Source: Kondoa subrosea (Eukaryota). Taken from it: DNA of 64,000 bases. The DNA lies in the NCBI GenBank assembly GCA_039545335.1, contig BCIN01000002.1:2882678-2946677 (forward strand), in the 5' to 3' direction. A program made the position numbers and the translations under genes. Below, piece after piece: positions 23,264-35,329 of the stretch (the first letter of the stretch is position 1; every line of letters begins with the position of its first letter). The notes beneath the pieces were generated by a model. That model was given only the letters and a program-made list of their open reading frames with translations. It searched no databases and was not told where the DNA came from.

Positions 23264-25768
23264 ATGTCATATTCGATGGAACCGGTGGAAGCGAAAGATC
23301 GGAAAGAGGATTTGGAATACGATGTACCTACGGCTGTCTTGGAAAGCAATGCTGTTCAAGGACAGTCAAAGAAGGAGAAATGGCTAGGCTCATCGAATAA
23401 TACTACTGTTCGCGGGAGTGAGTCAAGAAACTTCAAAGACAGGCATAGAAGCTGATCGCATTTCGATCTGTAGTGAAGAGTCGCCATTTGACCTTCATTG
23501 CCATCGGTGGAACAAGTACGTTGAGAACCTCTACCAAATTTTCTTGTTTGCTCAAGTTCATGTCTCTTGACTATCGCAGTCGGCACAGGCATCGTATGTT
23601 TCAATTGGCCTGGCATACTTTTTGGTTGACGGGCTTTCATAGTTTCTCAGCTCTGGTACATCTGTCGCAACTGCTGGACCAGGAGTAAGTACATTGGTCT
23701 GTTAGATTGGCTGCTACTAAGACGATTCGCTTTCAGGGAGCCCTCATAGCCTACTGTCTGGTTGGATTCTTTGTGTACGGGGTCATACTGTGTCTTGGTA
23801 GGTCAAGTATCTGCAAAACAGATCAATACTGATTTCTCATCTAATCAATAGGTGAAATGGCTAGTTTCCTTCCTGTATCCGGAGCATTCTCGACATTCGC
23901 AGAGCGCTTTGTTTCGCCTGCTCTCGGCGCTGGAATGGGCTGGAACTAGTATGTGCAACTACTGCTGCACGTTACTTAATTCTGAGTATTTTTTCCCTTC
24001 TGCAGCTTCATTCAGTGGACTTTCAGCATTCCCAGCGAGCTTGTAGCTGCTTCAGTCATTCTATCCTACTGGACAAAGGCGCTTCAGACTTGGCAATGGT
24101 CTATAATTATCGTTGTTCCAGTCTTCGCCATACAATTGATCCACGTGCGAGCTTTCGGTATGTCACCAATTTCCTCGGGACGACTTCATCGCTCAAGCTG
24201 ATTCTTCTTGGTTGTCGTAGCTGAAGCTGAATTCTGGCTTGCCCTGATAAAAGTGATCCTTGTGGTCATGTTCATCATGTAAGCGAGTAATTTGATGCCC
24301 CGTTGATACATCCTAAATCGAGATAGTGTTGGTCTGCTATATGACTGGGGAGCAATCTCTGGACACGACGGGCCTGGTCTATCGAATTTCAACGACGGAC
24401 CATTCGCTGGCGGTGCTGCTGGCTTATTCAGCTCGTTCACATATGCATTCTAGTGAGTTGTCCGACATTTTCTAGCTATGAGGTACTTAATACGATTTCT
24501 GGAGTTCCTTCGGAGGTCCGCTTGGCTGCTAGCCATCTGCATTCTGAGATGACAATTACGATTTTAGGAACTGAATTGGTCGCTCTTGCTGCTGGTGAAG
24601 CTAAGAATCCAGTCAAGTCTGTACCTTCGGCTATCAGAGCGACCTTCATTCGTATTTTGCTCTTCTAGTGAGTGCTACTGGATTATTTTTGCATCGGCCT
24701 AATGCTGTTACAGTGTCATGACTGTCTTCGTCATCGGATTATGCATCAATCGCAACGATCCGACTCTTTTCTCAGCATACTCCGACTCAGATGTAGCAGC
24801 GTCACCTATCACTACAGTATTTCGTGAAGCAGGATTCGGAGCCGCAGTACATGTCGTGAATGCAGTTCTCGTATGTCTGAGACCACTGCAAGAACACGAA
24901 ATCTCGCTGATCGTGCTCTTTTAGCTCACCGCTGTCCTCAGCGCTACAGAATCTTGCTTCTATGCGTCAAGTCGTATGTTGCTCAGTCTTGCGCACTCTG
25001 GTAAAGCTCCCAAGATTCTTGGCTATACAACAAGAAGAGGTGTACCAGTACCTGCGCTCCTAGTCGTGTTGGCTTTCTCATCTCTGACCTTCTTGACAAC
25101 TATATGGGGAGAAGGCGTCGTCTTCACTTGGCTCATCAACATTACTGGTATGAGCGCGCTCATGACTTGGATCTTCATTTGTGTCACAAATATCCGCTTC
25201 CGCCGGGCCTTCAAAGCTCAAGGTCGAGATCTGTCCGACTTACCATTTCGAGCACCTCTTTCACCTTACTTGGCAAGTTCAGCCATTGTCATGGGTCTAT
25301 GTATGTTTGCCGCTCAAAACGTGAGGCAGAATGTTCTTCGGGCAGACTTAACGATGCTGACTTCTACGCAGTGGGCGGCCACAACGTATGGAGATACGGG
25401 AGCTGCTTTGGCCAAAGACATTGTCGCTGTAGATATCGTGAGCATGTTTCTAGTCACAACTAGCTCTTCGCTGAATTCTTCGTTTTTCAGGGTCGTATGT
25501 CAAAAGAGTACTTATAATGAGTAGCTACTGACAAGAAGCTACAGTTGTTCTCTTCTTTGGCGTTACAGTAGGCTTCGCGATTCATCAAAAGATCAAGACT
25601 CCCGGCACACCTATACTAGTGCCACTACTCGAAGTGGATCTGGTGACAAATACCGTCTGGGGTCCTGGTGGAGGAAAAGCGTGGAGAGAAGACGAAGCTC
25701 AAATCAAAGCGAACGAGATCGTGGGCACCAGGTGGTACTCATGGAAACGCATAAGATCCATCTTTTAG
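23264..25768 (+). CDS. Amino-acid permease (APC superfamily, YAT family), highly fragmented
   Basis: KSRHLTFIAIGGTIGTGIFL, LGEMASFLPVSGAFSTFAERFV, EAEFWLALIKV, SFGGTELVALAAGEAKNP and YASSRMLLSLA motifs. Confidence 0.92.
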
Positions 25769-25962
25769 GTTCTATTCTTTTCACCGTGACACGCGTGCTC
25801 GGACTGTGACAATTCACTAGTTGACACCTACCCGTCTTTTCCTCGCAGCGGTCATCCAACTTTGCGAAAGTCTTCAGTTGTCTTCCATTCTTTGTTCTTC
25901 AAACTTCTGTGTTCATTTTCTATGATTTCGCTTCTTGTTCTTGACCACCAACTTTTGCTACC

Positions 25963-27642
25963 ATGACTCAGAGGAAAAGAAAGGGAATACCACCTCCACG
26001 GCCTGCAGACGCGCCGAGTAGAGCCTTGAAGCCGCAGAAGACCATCTTACGCGATCCACATGCAGTTTTACGTGAGAGAATACAGCAAGGCAAGCTACCC
26101 AAGGACGCACAAGTACGCGCTATTGATAATATGGAATATGGTATGTTTCACTTGCTTAGGAGTGGATACAGACTGACGCGAAAGCTAGGTGCTGCCTACA
26201 TTCAGTAAGACATTTACATCTTCGACACACAGCTCTGATGTGTGGCAGCAACTGTATTCTGGATCTAGACTGGGAGAAGCTGGGAAAGTATCTCCACACC
26301 TTCTGCACAACGTGTGTCCACTGGCTTCTTCACTCGCAACGCTCACCGCAGCGATATCTTAGGCATCATGAAGCGAGTCATGTCATCATTGGAACGGAAA
26401 GTCAGTTCGAGTCCATACTATCGTCGCGCATCACCTTACCAAAGACCAGCTCGCGCGGTGGTCTCTCGCTCGCCACGCTTGGTCGGCGAGCACTTCCTGC
26501 TGGCTTCGAATGGCGAACTCGATGGCTCGCCTATCAATAGCAAGATACTCAAATTCTCTAGTCCGGATCAAGAGCGCATAGGAAAGATTTGCACTACTTT
26601 CGGTCTCATTCTCGCTGACAGCGGCAGTGAGTGATTTCCACTATTTCCGATATGTATGCACTGATTGACCAATAGTCATCAAACATCTTTCTGATGATTT
26701 GCTACCGCTCTATTTCAGAGCACTTGTTCGCCTCTTTGCTGGTCAACTGAGCGCAATAAAACGGCTTATAAAGAGCGAGCTAATGAAGCAGTTCAAGGTC
26801 TGGCAGATGCCTCGTAACGCTGATCTAGTTGTGAGAGCCGTATATGAGAATCTGCCCTCATATTGTCCTTATGACAAAGTGTTTAGCTCGAATTCTTCCG
26901 ACATCACTCAGACAAGAACATGTCCTTGTTGAGCAAGATCATGGCCGAAGAAACGATCGCTTACAATGGTTGCTGCGACGAGTGTGGAGATCAAGAGCGT
27001 TTGGATCTTTACACAGGCTTGCTGCACTGCTTCAGAGCTTTTGGTTGGGAGACCGACGAAAAATCTTTTCCGATAGAAGAACAACCTGTTTTTTACCACC
27101 TTTGGCAAATGGTTTCGCATATTTCTGCATGCAATGCACCCAAAAATCCCGATATTTGCAATCATGATCCCTTGGTACACGTAGAGATCATCCCGCGAAC
27201 ATGTCGAACGGTAAGCTGCAAGTTCAGACTGTCTTTCGATTGAGCTTGAGACTTTCCCGACAGGAATTCTCAGCTTGTGCCAATTGTGGGAAACCAGCAT
27301 CCGGTCGAGCGGAAGTCAAGAAAGAGATGCGAGCATGCATAGACTGCAGAGTACGTTCACTTCCTGATAATTTATCTATTCGATACGAGCTGATGATCGG
27401 CACTAGTTGACCTTATATTGCAGTGAAAAATGTCAAAAAGAGCACTGGAGTCGAGCTCGTTCGTAACCTCATGCAAGCAAATGAAGTCTCAGGCTTATAC
27501 TCGGTTGACAGACAAAGCTAATTGCAGTCGTTTGGCAAACAAGGGAAAAGAGCTTAGAGATTTTCGAGACAGAATTCCGACCGATCATGCACAACGAGCA
27601 AAGTATGGAAAGTTAGTCTTTAATCACGGTTGTCCCGCCTGA
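25963..27642 (+). CDS. MYND-type zinc-finger protein
   Basis: Spliced C-terminal CANCGKPASGRAEVKKEMRACIDCR/LTLYCSEKCQKEHWSRA/HKANC is a complete MYND finger. Confidence 0.75.
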
Positions 27643-27716
27643 TAGGAAGAAAGCGAACATCAACGGGAAAAGTGTATTGATTATGACATTGTACATTGTC
27701 TCGCTTGATGCGAAGA

Positions 27717-29028
27717 CTATTGAGTAGGCACATTGAGTAATACTCCTGATCCGCCTCCTGGAATATAGGTGATATTTCTGCTTCGACTCTGTTGGGACTA
27801 TCAGCGAAAGCTTTTAAAGCATGAGAAATAGGCTGACGAGAGTAGCGGCAATATCTCTGCTGGCTTCAATTCTTCTGATCTGCACAAGACCTTCGCCTGC
27901 CTTATCCAAAGCTTTCGAGATGATTGTTGCTGCTTCTCCTTCTCCCTCAGCACGAATGACTGCAGCTTGTCTTTCTTGCTCAGCCTAAAAGTATGAATCT
28001 GAGCATGCGTCCAATATACAGTAGTATGTACGTACACGTTCGACTTCGAATTTGGCTCTCTCGGCAGCTGGCAGTCACAGACAAGAATTCAGTATCAAAC
28101 ACAGTCTGAATGAAGTCTGCCGCGCTGACCTTGTTGCGCAACCTGCTTCTGTTCAACGGCAGATGTGAAATCTTTGCCGAACTGTCACAACATCAGCTGG
28201 TATCAGCAATACAAAAGATTGGTTTTACTGTCAAATGCGTGATTGAGACATCTTCCAGCTGAATGTTGAACTCCCTTGCTCTTCTTAGCAGATCTTCCCT
28301 GATTCTAGATGAGACGACTTCTCGCTGCGTCTGTTCGTGAGAAGCAATTAGTATCAGCACTAAGCTAACACTGATCACTCCGTTAAACGAACAATTAATT
28401 CCGCTGCATCGTAATTGGCCACTGTAGCTTTCAACACTTCATTCCCAATAGAAGGCAACACTCTCTCATCGTAATCCTGACCCAATTTTCTGTATACTTC
28501 AGGCAATTTCGCCACATCCGGTCGACTGAGAACTCTCAAGCTTAAAGTAACCATTTGCAAATCTTTGGAACCGGTTGTGGTACTGATTGTCCGTGGTTTG
28601 ATACGGACGTCGTAGATGATAGCTCTTTGTACTGTTTACGATATAATTCAAGTCAAGATGTGTTCAGCCAGGGTGAGAGTGGCAGGGCTTACACCATGGT
28701 ACGAGAAAATGAGTGCCTTCACCAATGGCGACATCTTTCACGCCCTGCAAGTACCAAAAGATCAGCTTTGAAATCCATAGTTGCTCTGAGATTGAAGACT
28801 TGCAGCGAATCGATCGAAAATGACTGCAAGACTGCGCTCAGCTATCTGTAGGTAGGTAGTAGGACATACTTACCTGCTCTGTGACCGCCCGGCACATCGT
28901 ATAGGGCAGATTGAGCGACACCTAATCCGATGAGAGCTGGAACTGTAAGACCGGTGCAAAAGGTGAGCAAGTCAATTGCTAGGCCTCTCTCCTGACATCT
29001 CACCTGCTAATCTCTGAAAGGCTGCCAT
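27717..29028 (-). CDS. PHB1: Prohibitin 1 (SPFH family)
   Basis: [21 protein letters not shown]...[45 protein letters not shown] and [16 protein letters not shown] motifs. Confidence 0.93.
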
Positions 29029-29523
29029 AGAATTGGTATAGATGATTGCTTCAGGTCAAGACTCTTTGAAATTCATGCCAAACTCTCTTGTCTTGAACTA
29101 TGACTTTTAGGCTGCTTTGCTTGCAATAGTGTGTTCTTCATCTACCTCGTGTATATCATTCCGTGATTCTGACGAATCGGAGCCGTCCTGGCTGTTTCCT
29201 GCTGTATCTGCTTACACCATTTTGCTCTCAATGTCCTGCGTGCTATCTGTATCTTTGTTTCCTCCCGCTCCGACACGAGCTGAAGACAATGTTTGATGTG
29301 TCTTCCTGTATTTCTTTCATCCGATTGGGCACATCGATATTCTCTTAACCTGCTGGCGCTTAGACTGGCATTATGTCTACAGTCATCTCAATATCCCTTC
29401 CATCTATTCCATCAGCCTTTATATAAGAGATACGGCCAGATCGTTTCGACCGTTAAAATGATCTGATGTCGATCGGTATTTTGATTCAGAGCGGTGAAGC
29501 TCGCTCGGCAAGAAGCTGACTTC

Positions 29524-29862
29524 TCATGCTAGATCCCAAAGACCTAGCACATCCTTTCTCAATGATCGATCTTCCAGCATAGCAATCTTCTTAGCAGCAT
29601 CCTGAGCCTTTCTGTATTGCCAGATGGCAATGACAACGCTGGTTGCAGCTCCGGCGACAACCTTAGTTGCTCCCAATACAAGAGACATCTGAATCAAATC
29701 AGATTCGCTGAAAGCAGCTTAGGTCAGGCCCAGCATGGCTCCAGAACCAATGGCAAAATGCCCCAGCTGAGCGCAACGTTTCTCTTGTGCTTGATACTTT
29801 GACAATCCTTCCTGCAGATCGTCAGAGGCTTGATACACGACAGAAGTATAGGAAGTAGCCAT
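29524..29862 (-). pseudogene. Probable degenerate paralogue of the adjacent 30166-31135 gene, with an in-frame TAA
   Basis: Reads MATSYTSVVYQASDDLQEGLSKYQAQEKRCAQ...MLGLT*AAFSESDLIQMSLVLGATKVVAGAATSVVIAIWQYRKAQDAAKKIA...; colinear similarity to the neighbour's N-terminus on both sides of the stop at 29719-29721. Confidence 0.45.
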
Positions 29863-30165
29863 TAGAAAGAGATAGCAAGCTATTGGGCTAGAGCAACAGA
29901 GATTTTGGAATTCTTCATCTCGGATAGTAGACCACAAAGGGCAATATGAGCAGGTCATAGATACAGCGCTAGGGCAGCCAATAGGGAAAAAAAACACAAG
30001 AAGTGCAATATATCACGAAGACATCAAGGAAGGAGTTCTTGAACTAGTTCATCGATCGAGACGAAGAATGAAGCAAAAAGAAATTTGAGAACTACCATTG
30101 AGCAGCTACAGGCATAAAGCTACCAAAAAAAAAATTACGGGTACAGTCAAATATACTCTGCATGA

Positions 30166-31135
30166 TCAATTCACTGGCTTAGGATCAGGCAACTGAAGTA
30201 ACCGAAGAAACCCATGTCTCTCTAAGTTACTGTGCATTTGTTGATAGTGCGGTCGGGAAATTTGAGAGATGTTTAGTGAAGCGATCCATAGAACAAGTTG
30301 CTGATGTTGAAATTTGTGGACCAGATTATCCGTCCTTCCGCGTTCTGCGCAATGTTTGATAGCTTCCTCCAGCTGCTCCCATAAGTTCGAGGAGCCAAAG
30401 CACCTGTCAAGGAGGTCGTAAGTACTAAGTCTCTATATGTACCGCCAAGAAACTCACCTATGCTTGATCTCATGCTCGATAGGCCAGACATACTCAAACC
30501 AGGATAAATCTACTGCGTTGGTGAATGCCTCAGCCAAAGTCACATCAATCTGTAGCAATGAATCGTGTATTAATTTGAAGTATGTATGATAGCGGTCTTG
30601 CCTGCTGAGACAGAGTAACCAGTTCAAAACTTCCTCTTTATGATCTTGAGCTTGTTTGTTCTTGTGTCCGATAGCTGCGATGGCCCACTTCTCAGCAGCC
30701 AAGCACAAGCGCCGACATTGTTCGTAAGTGAGTGTTGGAGTGCTTGTATCTCCTCTTCAAAGTCGCGATCAGCATCAGAGCAATACAATGTCGGACGAGA
30801 GACATTACGTACAGCGGCAAAATTCCACGAGCCTCAGGCAGATGATGTTCGTGGTAGATTTGACCGTGAGTGGCAGCAAGCTGATCTGCAGCGACTTTTG
30901 CATTTCCTTGCGACCAAAGTTCAGCTCCAATATACCCTGCGCCGACTACCGCAGCTGGGGCCAAATTGGCGGCGCCATGTACCATTGAATTGGCAATACC
31001 TGCTGCAGCAGCGGCAGTGGCGCCAAAACGATATAGATCTCTCGCCGAAGCATGTTTCTTCTCAAGCTCTTGATATTCTTTCAACCTCTGCTCCAGGGCT
31101 TTGTATGCTAGACTTGAAGTATTAGGGTAAGCCAT
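30166..31135 (-). CDS. Hypothetical protein, 3 exons, with a coiled-coil and Ala/Gly-rich hydrophobic hairpin
   Basis: ATG at 31135. Introns GTACGT...AAG and GTGAGT...CAG join MAYPNTSSLAYKALEQRLKEY...GILPL/GDTSTPTL...EIKHR/CFGSSNLWEQ...KPVN*. Confidence 0.6.
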
Positions 31136-32297
31136 GATTGAAGTAATGAAAATTGATAGGTTCTGGTCAAGAGCAAGAGGGGCTTCGAATTCGTTCTCTA
31201 TGAAACAGTTGATAGAAATACAAAGGGAATTGGTCGACGCAAATAGTAGCTACAGCGCTGAATAGCGCAGAATTCAGGCGTAGGAATCCTTAACAGCATC
31301 GTCGGAAGCACAAGAAGAAAGAAAAGAATCAAGAATCAGCTCGTCGGCGAAAGCTAAGAGAAAATCAAGAGACAACAGAAGGGTCTCAAAACGAGTAGTA
31401 CGACGCAAGCCAGCCAATGTCAAAAGATAGAACCAAGGAACGAGCGGACTGTGAGTGCACCAATAGCTGTTTTCTTACCACCTCGAGTAGTAAAGTCGCT
31501 CACTCGAAGGTCATTTGCTTAATATTTCTTGCTCTTTTGCTAGATAGCTGTCCAGCCTACGTAGACCAGTTCTGCCTGACCATATATGACGTTCTTACGA
31601 TGCTGCATGTCACGCATGCTGACAACGCAATCGCTTCTTCTGCCATGTTTCGATTTGTTTCTTCTGCTTCGCGTATTATTGTCGATTGAAAGGCGTACAA
31701 AAGCGCTTCCTTGCTATGCAATCAGTCTATTAAGTAAAATATGTCATGCCCTCGACAGAAAAGGCTATGCCAGATCCAAGATTTGAAAACAGAGACCTTG
31801 GCATTCCATGGCAGCAAAAGCTCTTCCAATGAACATCTTCGCGCTGCTCAACGTGTCTTAGGATAATTTAGAGATATTGAGCAGTATAAGCGATAGATCG
31901 GATAACTAGATGAAAAGAAACATTGACGAGTTAATATTGGGTCGGCGTCGATGCAAATCAGATTGCCAGTATGCTGGACTTGCGCTGTATCTTGCATGCA
32001 CATCCTGTGCGAAGCCGAGCCATAGAGAAAGTTTGGCGTTCCTTGGAGAGCCTTGGAGCCACTAATCGGGTTTCGAGCTGACGAGAGATCTTGGCGCTCT
32101 TTACTTACGACCGTCATCTCGCCCGTATGCATATCACGACGACCTCCTTATAGTACATAGTAGCATCTACACGCTTTGGATTACGCCCAACATTCGTTAA
32201 TCTTCCACCGCCCCATTTAGAAGGCTAATTCTTTGGACTCGTGTGGTGAAATTTGCTGTGCTAACTCTGCCACGCTTCTCCTTTACTCAGCACCACC

Positions 32298-33174
32298 ATG
32301 TCGAAGAATATGAGCATCAATATCAGTCATTTGGCTCAAGATTTGGCCCCAGGCTTATCAAGAGCAGATTTCTTCAGATGTGCTTTCAAATTCCAGCAAA
32401 AGACTAAACTGCAACTGCTGTCCATTATAGCTTCCGCTTATGTGGGATCTCATCCGTGGGTCCTTGTACTGTGCAGCTAGCACGAGACAAGCTAACCGTA
32501 GAGTCAGATGTCGAATTCTGCAAGCATTTCCAGTTCAGCAAGTTCCTGAAGGATATCAACGGGATCAGTCCGGTACTTTCTCTCAGGAATACGTCTATGA
32601 CAACGGCGTGCAATTGGTCCTCAAGAAGATTCCTCAAGGAACGCCTCCAAGTATGTCTTTCCCCCAACATTCATGCGAAAACCTAAAATCTGATTGTCTT
32701 ACCTTTTGTAATCAATCAGCTCTTGACCTCTATATCAAAGTAGACGCAACTCATTCTGAACCTGTTGAGATCCGCTTCGAAGCTCAATTCAGGTTGAACG
32801 TGGATTCCTTCTATCGTGTTTCGCACCCAAACTTATGGTCTTTACCTACTTCACTTTCTGGTTCTCTGCATCTCAAAGCTGTTCGATCTCCTCTTTCCTC
32901 TGGTCCCAGTACACCAAGGGAAGAATTCAACAGACGATTGTGGAAAGAAACCAGACAGATTAGGAAGCCAAGCGTTGACAATTCGGCTGCTTTAAATATG
33001 GTGAATGAGGAAGTGCATGTCGTGGATCAGGAAGAAGAGCTTCAGAGGCAGAAGATGGGATGGCAGAATTACACAAGCAACTTACAGCTCGATATGCGCC
33101 CAGGTCAGTAGTGCTTCTTCTTTGCTATTCGGATCAGATTCTGATAATCTCATACAGCTGTACCAGCAAAATAA
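32298..33174 (+). CDS. Hypothetical protein, multi-exon
   Basis: ATG in a CACCATG context, long open frame 32440-33111 with intron signals, last exon ...MRP/AVPAK* ending at 33174. Confidence 0.5.
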
Positions 33175-34303
33175 ATCGTTCACAGCAACTTTACGACATG
33201 GCATCGCACTCATGACACGCCAGAAGTCTGAACTTATTCTCAAACTCAGTCCAAGTTCTGACCTCTTTCTCCTTCATCAAGCAAGCAAACAACACTCATA
33301 CGCGCCATCAAAATTCATTCTTCAAGTTGCTTTACTCATGGACACTTATCTTTACTTTTTTACATACATCATTAATTTCGGAGGAAAACTATTAAGTTCA
33401 TAAGCGAAAGCGAAAAAGTCTTTGTATCATAATACGGAAGTGTAAAGCATGGTTTCTCTGTTCACATGTTCTTTCGCTCGGTTTGCAAAGCTGCTCTTCT
33501 CAGGACAATGACTTATGTGTTTCTATACCTTGTACTTTGTGTGTGCATCGTTCTATATCCAGTGGAGATGGACTGCCGCCTGTCAGTATCAAGTCTGTGC
33601 AGCGCACTGCTTAATCTCTGGCAAAAGTCGATATCGCTTGATTCTTGCATAAAACTCCAAAGCACTCTTGAAGCAGCCTGTCATGTTTCATAGAATCAAC
33701 TATGTGGTCACTGTATTCGTTGAGATGGCCTTGCGTCTGAAATTCCGTCCGCCCGGCGCGTATGACAAGAGGCCATCATATCTCAAGTTGCTTGCTTCTT
33801 CAACGTCGCTGTCAACCACATGCCAGCTCTGCTTCTGAAGACTTTGATCTATATGGCTCTGATGTACTAGCTCTGCAGTCTCCATACTTCTTGGTAATAT
33901 GGACTGACTGGCCTCGCTCTTTGCCTTAAAACAAGAATTGGCATTGATTCGCTATCCTTTGTACCTCATATCGCTATTGCAAATGTCAGAAGGTCTGTCG
34001 CACCACAATGACGCGACTTATTGTGTCTCGCTTGATCTGGTCCGAAGCTGGACACGCGTAATCAAGCAATATTGACAAGCGGATCGGTCTCAAAGCAATG
34101 TTGACAATTGTTACAAACAACATCAACACGGTCCAGAAAGACGCTATAAGAAGCCAAACTTCCTGCTTCCTACTCTTATTCTCATCAACACTCTCTCACT
34201 TGTTATACAACAACCTACACTCTTTTCTACAACTTCTTGCAAGGCACTATCAAGGACATACACTTCACAGCACTATACATCTCACTTCCATCTATCAGCA
34301 GCT

Positions 34304-34949
34304 ATGCGTTCAACAATCATTCTTCTAGTGGCAGCCTTCTTCACTTCTGTTTCAGCTCAAGCACCTGGCGTTCCAGCAGCGCCTACTCCTCCTTCAGTTC
34401 CTGCTCCTCCATCTGCTCCCTCTGCACCGTCTTCATCAGTTGCACCTAAAGCTACCCATTCTTCCACAACTCATCGATCACGCAAACATAAAGAAAACAA
34501 AGCCAAATCGCACCCTCAGAAGAAGAAGTCAGGTCATCACAAGCAACGCAAACATACTCGTGATCTTTCATCTTCCTTACCTGATAAATCAACTCAAGAT
34601 AAACTCAATCAATATCATTTGCTTCATTTGGACAGTCATATTTCTATTGCACCAGAAGATGAACATGATTTACATGTACTGGATAAGAATGATTTGAAGG
34701 ATTTGGTCAAAGATTTGGTCAGGAGAGCTTTGGTTGAGGATCAAGATTTGTTGCATTCTGTTATGCAGGGCAAGAATTTGGTTGATGCGGATGTGATTGT
34801 TAATGCTGGGAAGGTGCATGTCAAGAGGGAGGATGCAGATGATCAGGGCGAAGATGAAGAGGATTTGCTTGCTCCGTATGTCTTTCTTCTCCTTCCGGGT
34901 CTGTGAATGAAGCTCATCGCGTTTGATCAGATTGGATCTCGAGCAGTAG
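34304..34949 (+). CDS. Secreted low-complexity protein (Pro/Ser-rich, His/Lys-rich and acidic blocks)
   Basis: Signal peptide MRSTIILLVAAFFTSVSA, a 200-codon ORF, and a terminal intron GTATGT...CAG leading to LDLEQ*. Confidence 0.75.
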
Positions 34950-35329
34950 AGGACCAAGAGTCGTTTCGAGGCAGTACACCACACTTCACTTTCTTGTCTA
35001 TAGCTTAATTGTCCTGTATCTTCTAACCTTAGTATAATGGCAATGCTTGGCAGATGTTTTCCTGGCGTGCCGGCTGACCGTGCAGAGGAGCTTCACTTAA
35101 ATAGCGTTTTGCTGCCTTCTTGCTCTGCCCTGTCACGCACGTCCTGATCGAGCATTCAAAATTGTGCTCCTCTTCAAAGCGAACGTCGACTCTTGGAATT
35201 CTGTCCATGTATACCTTTGTTTTCTGTGTAAATCCTGTGACAAGCTGTGTATAGACTCATCAAGACAAACAAGAGCGACCTCAAGCATCTACAACCCTTA
35301 TATTCTGTCTAGATCACAAGTATTTAGAA

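Noticed and set aside
27455..27510. Apparent stop inside the MYND finger (EHWSRARS*)
   Set aside because: A GTTCGT...TTGACAG intron removes it and restores HKANC.
28866..28876. ATACTTACCTG, identical to the 5' end of U1 snRNA
   Set aside because: It is the reverse complement of a perfect CAG|GTAAGTAT splice donor in the minus-strand prohibitin gene; no U1 body follows.
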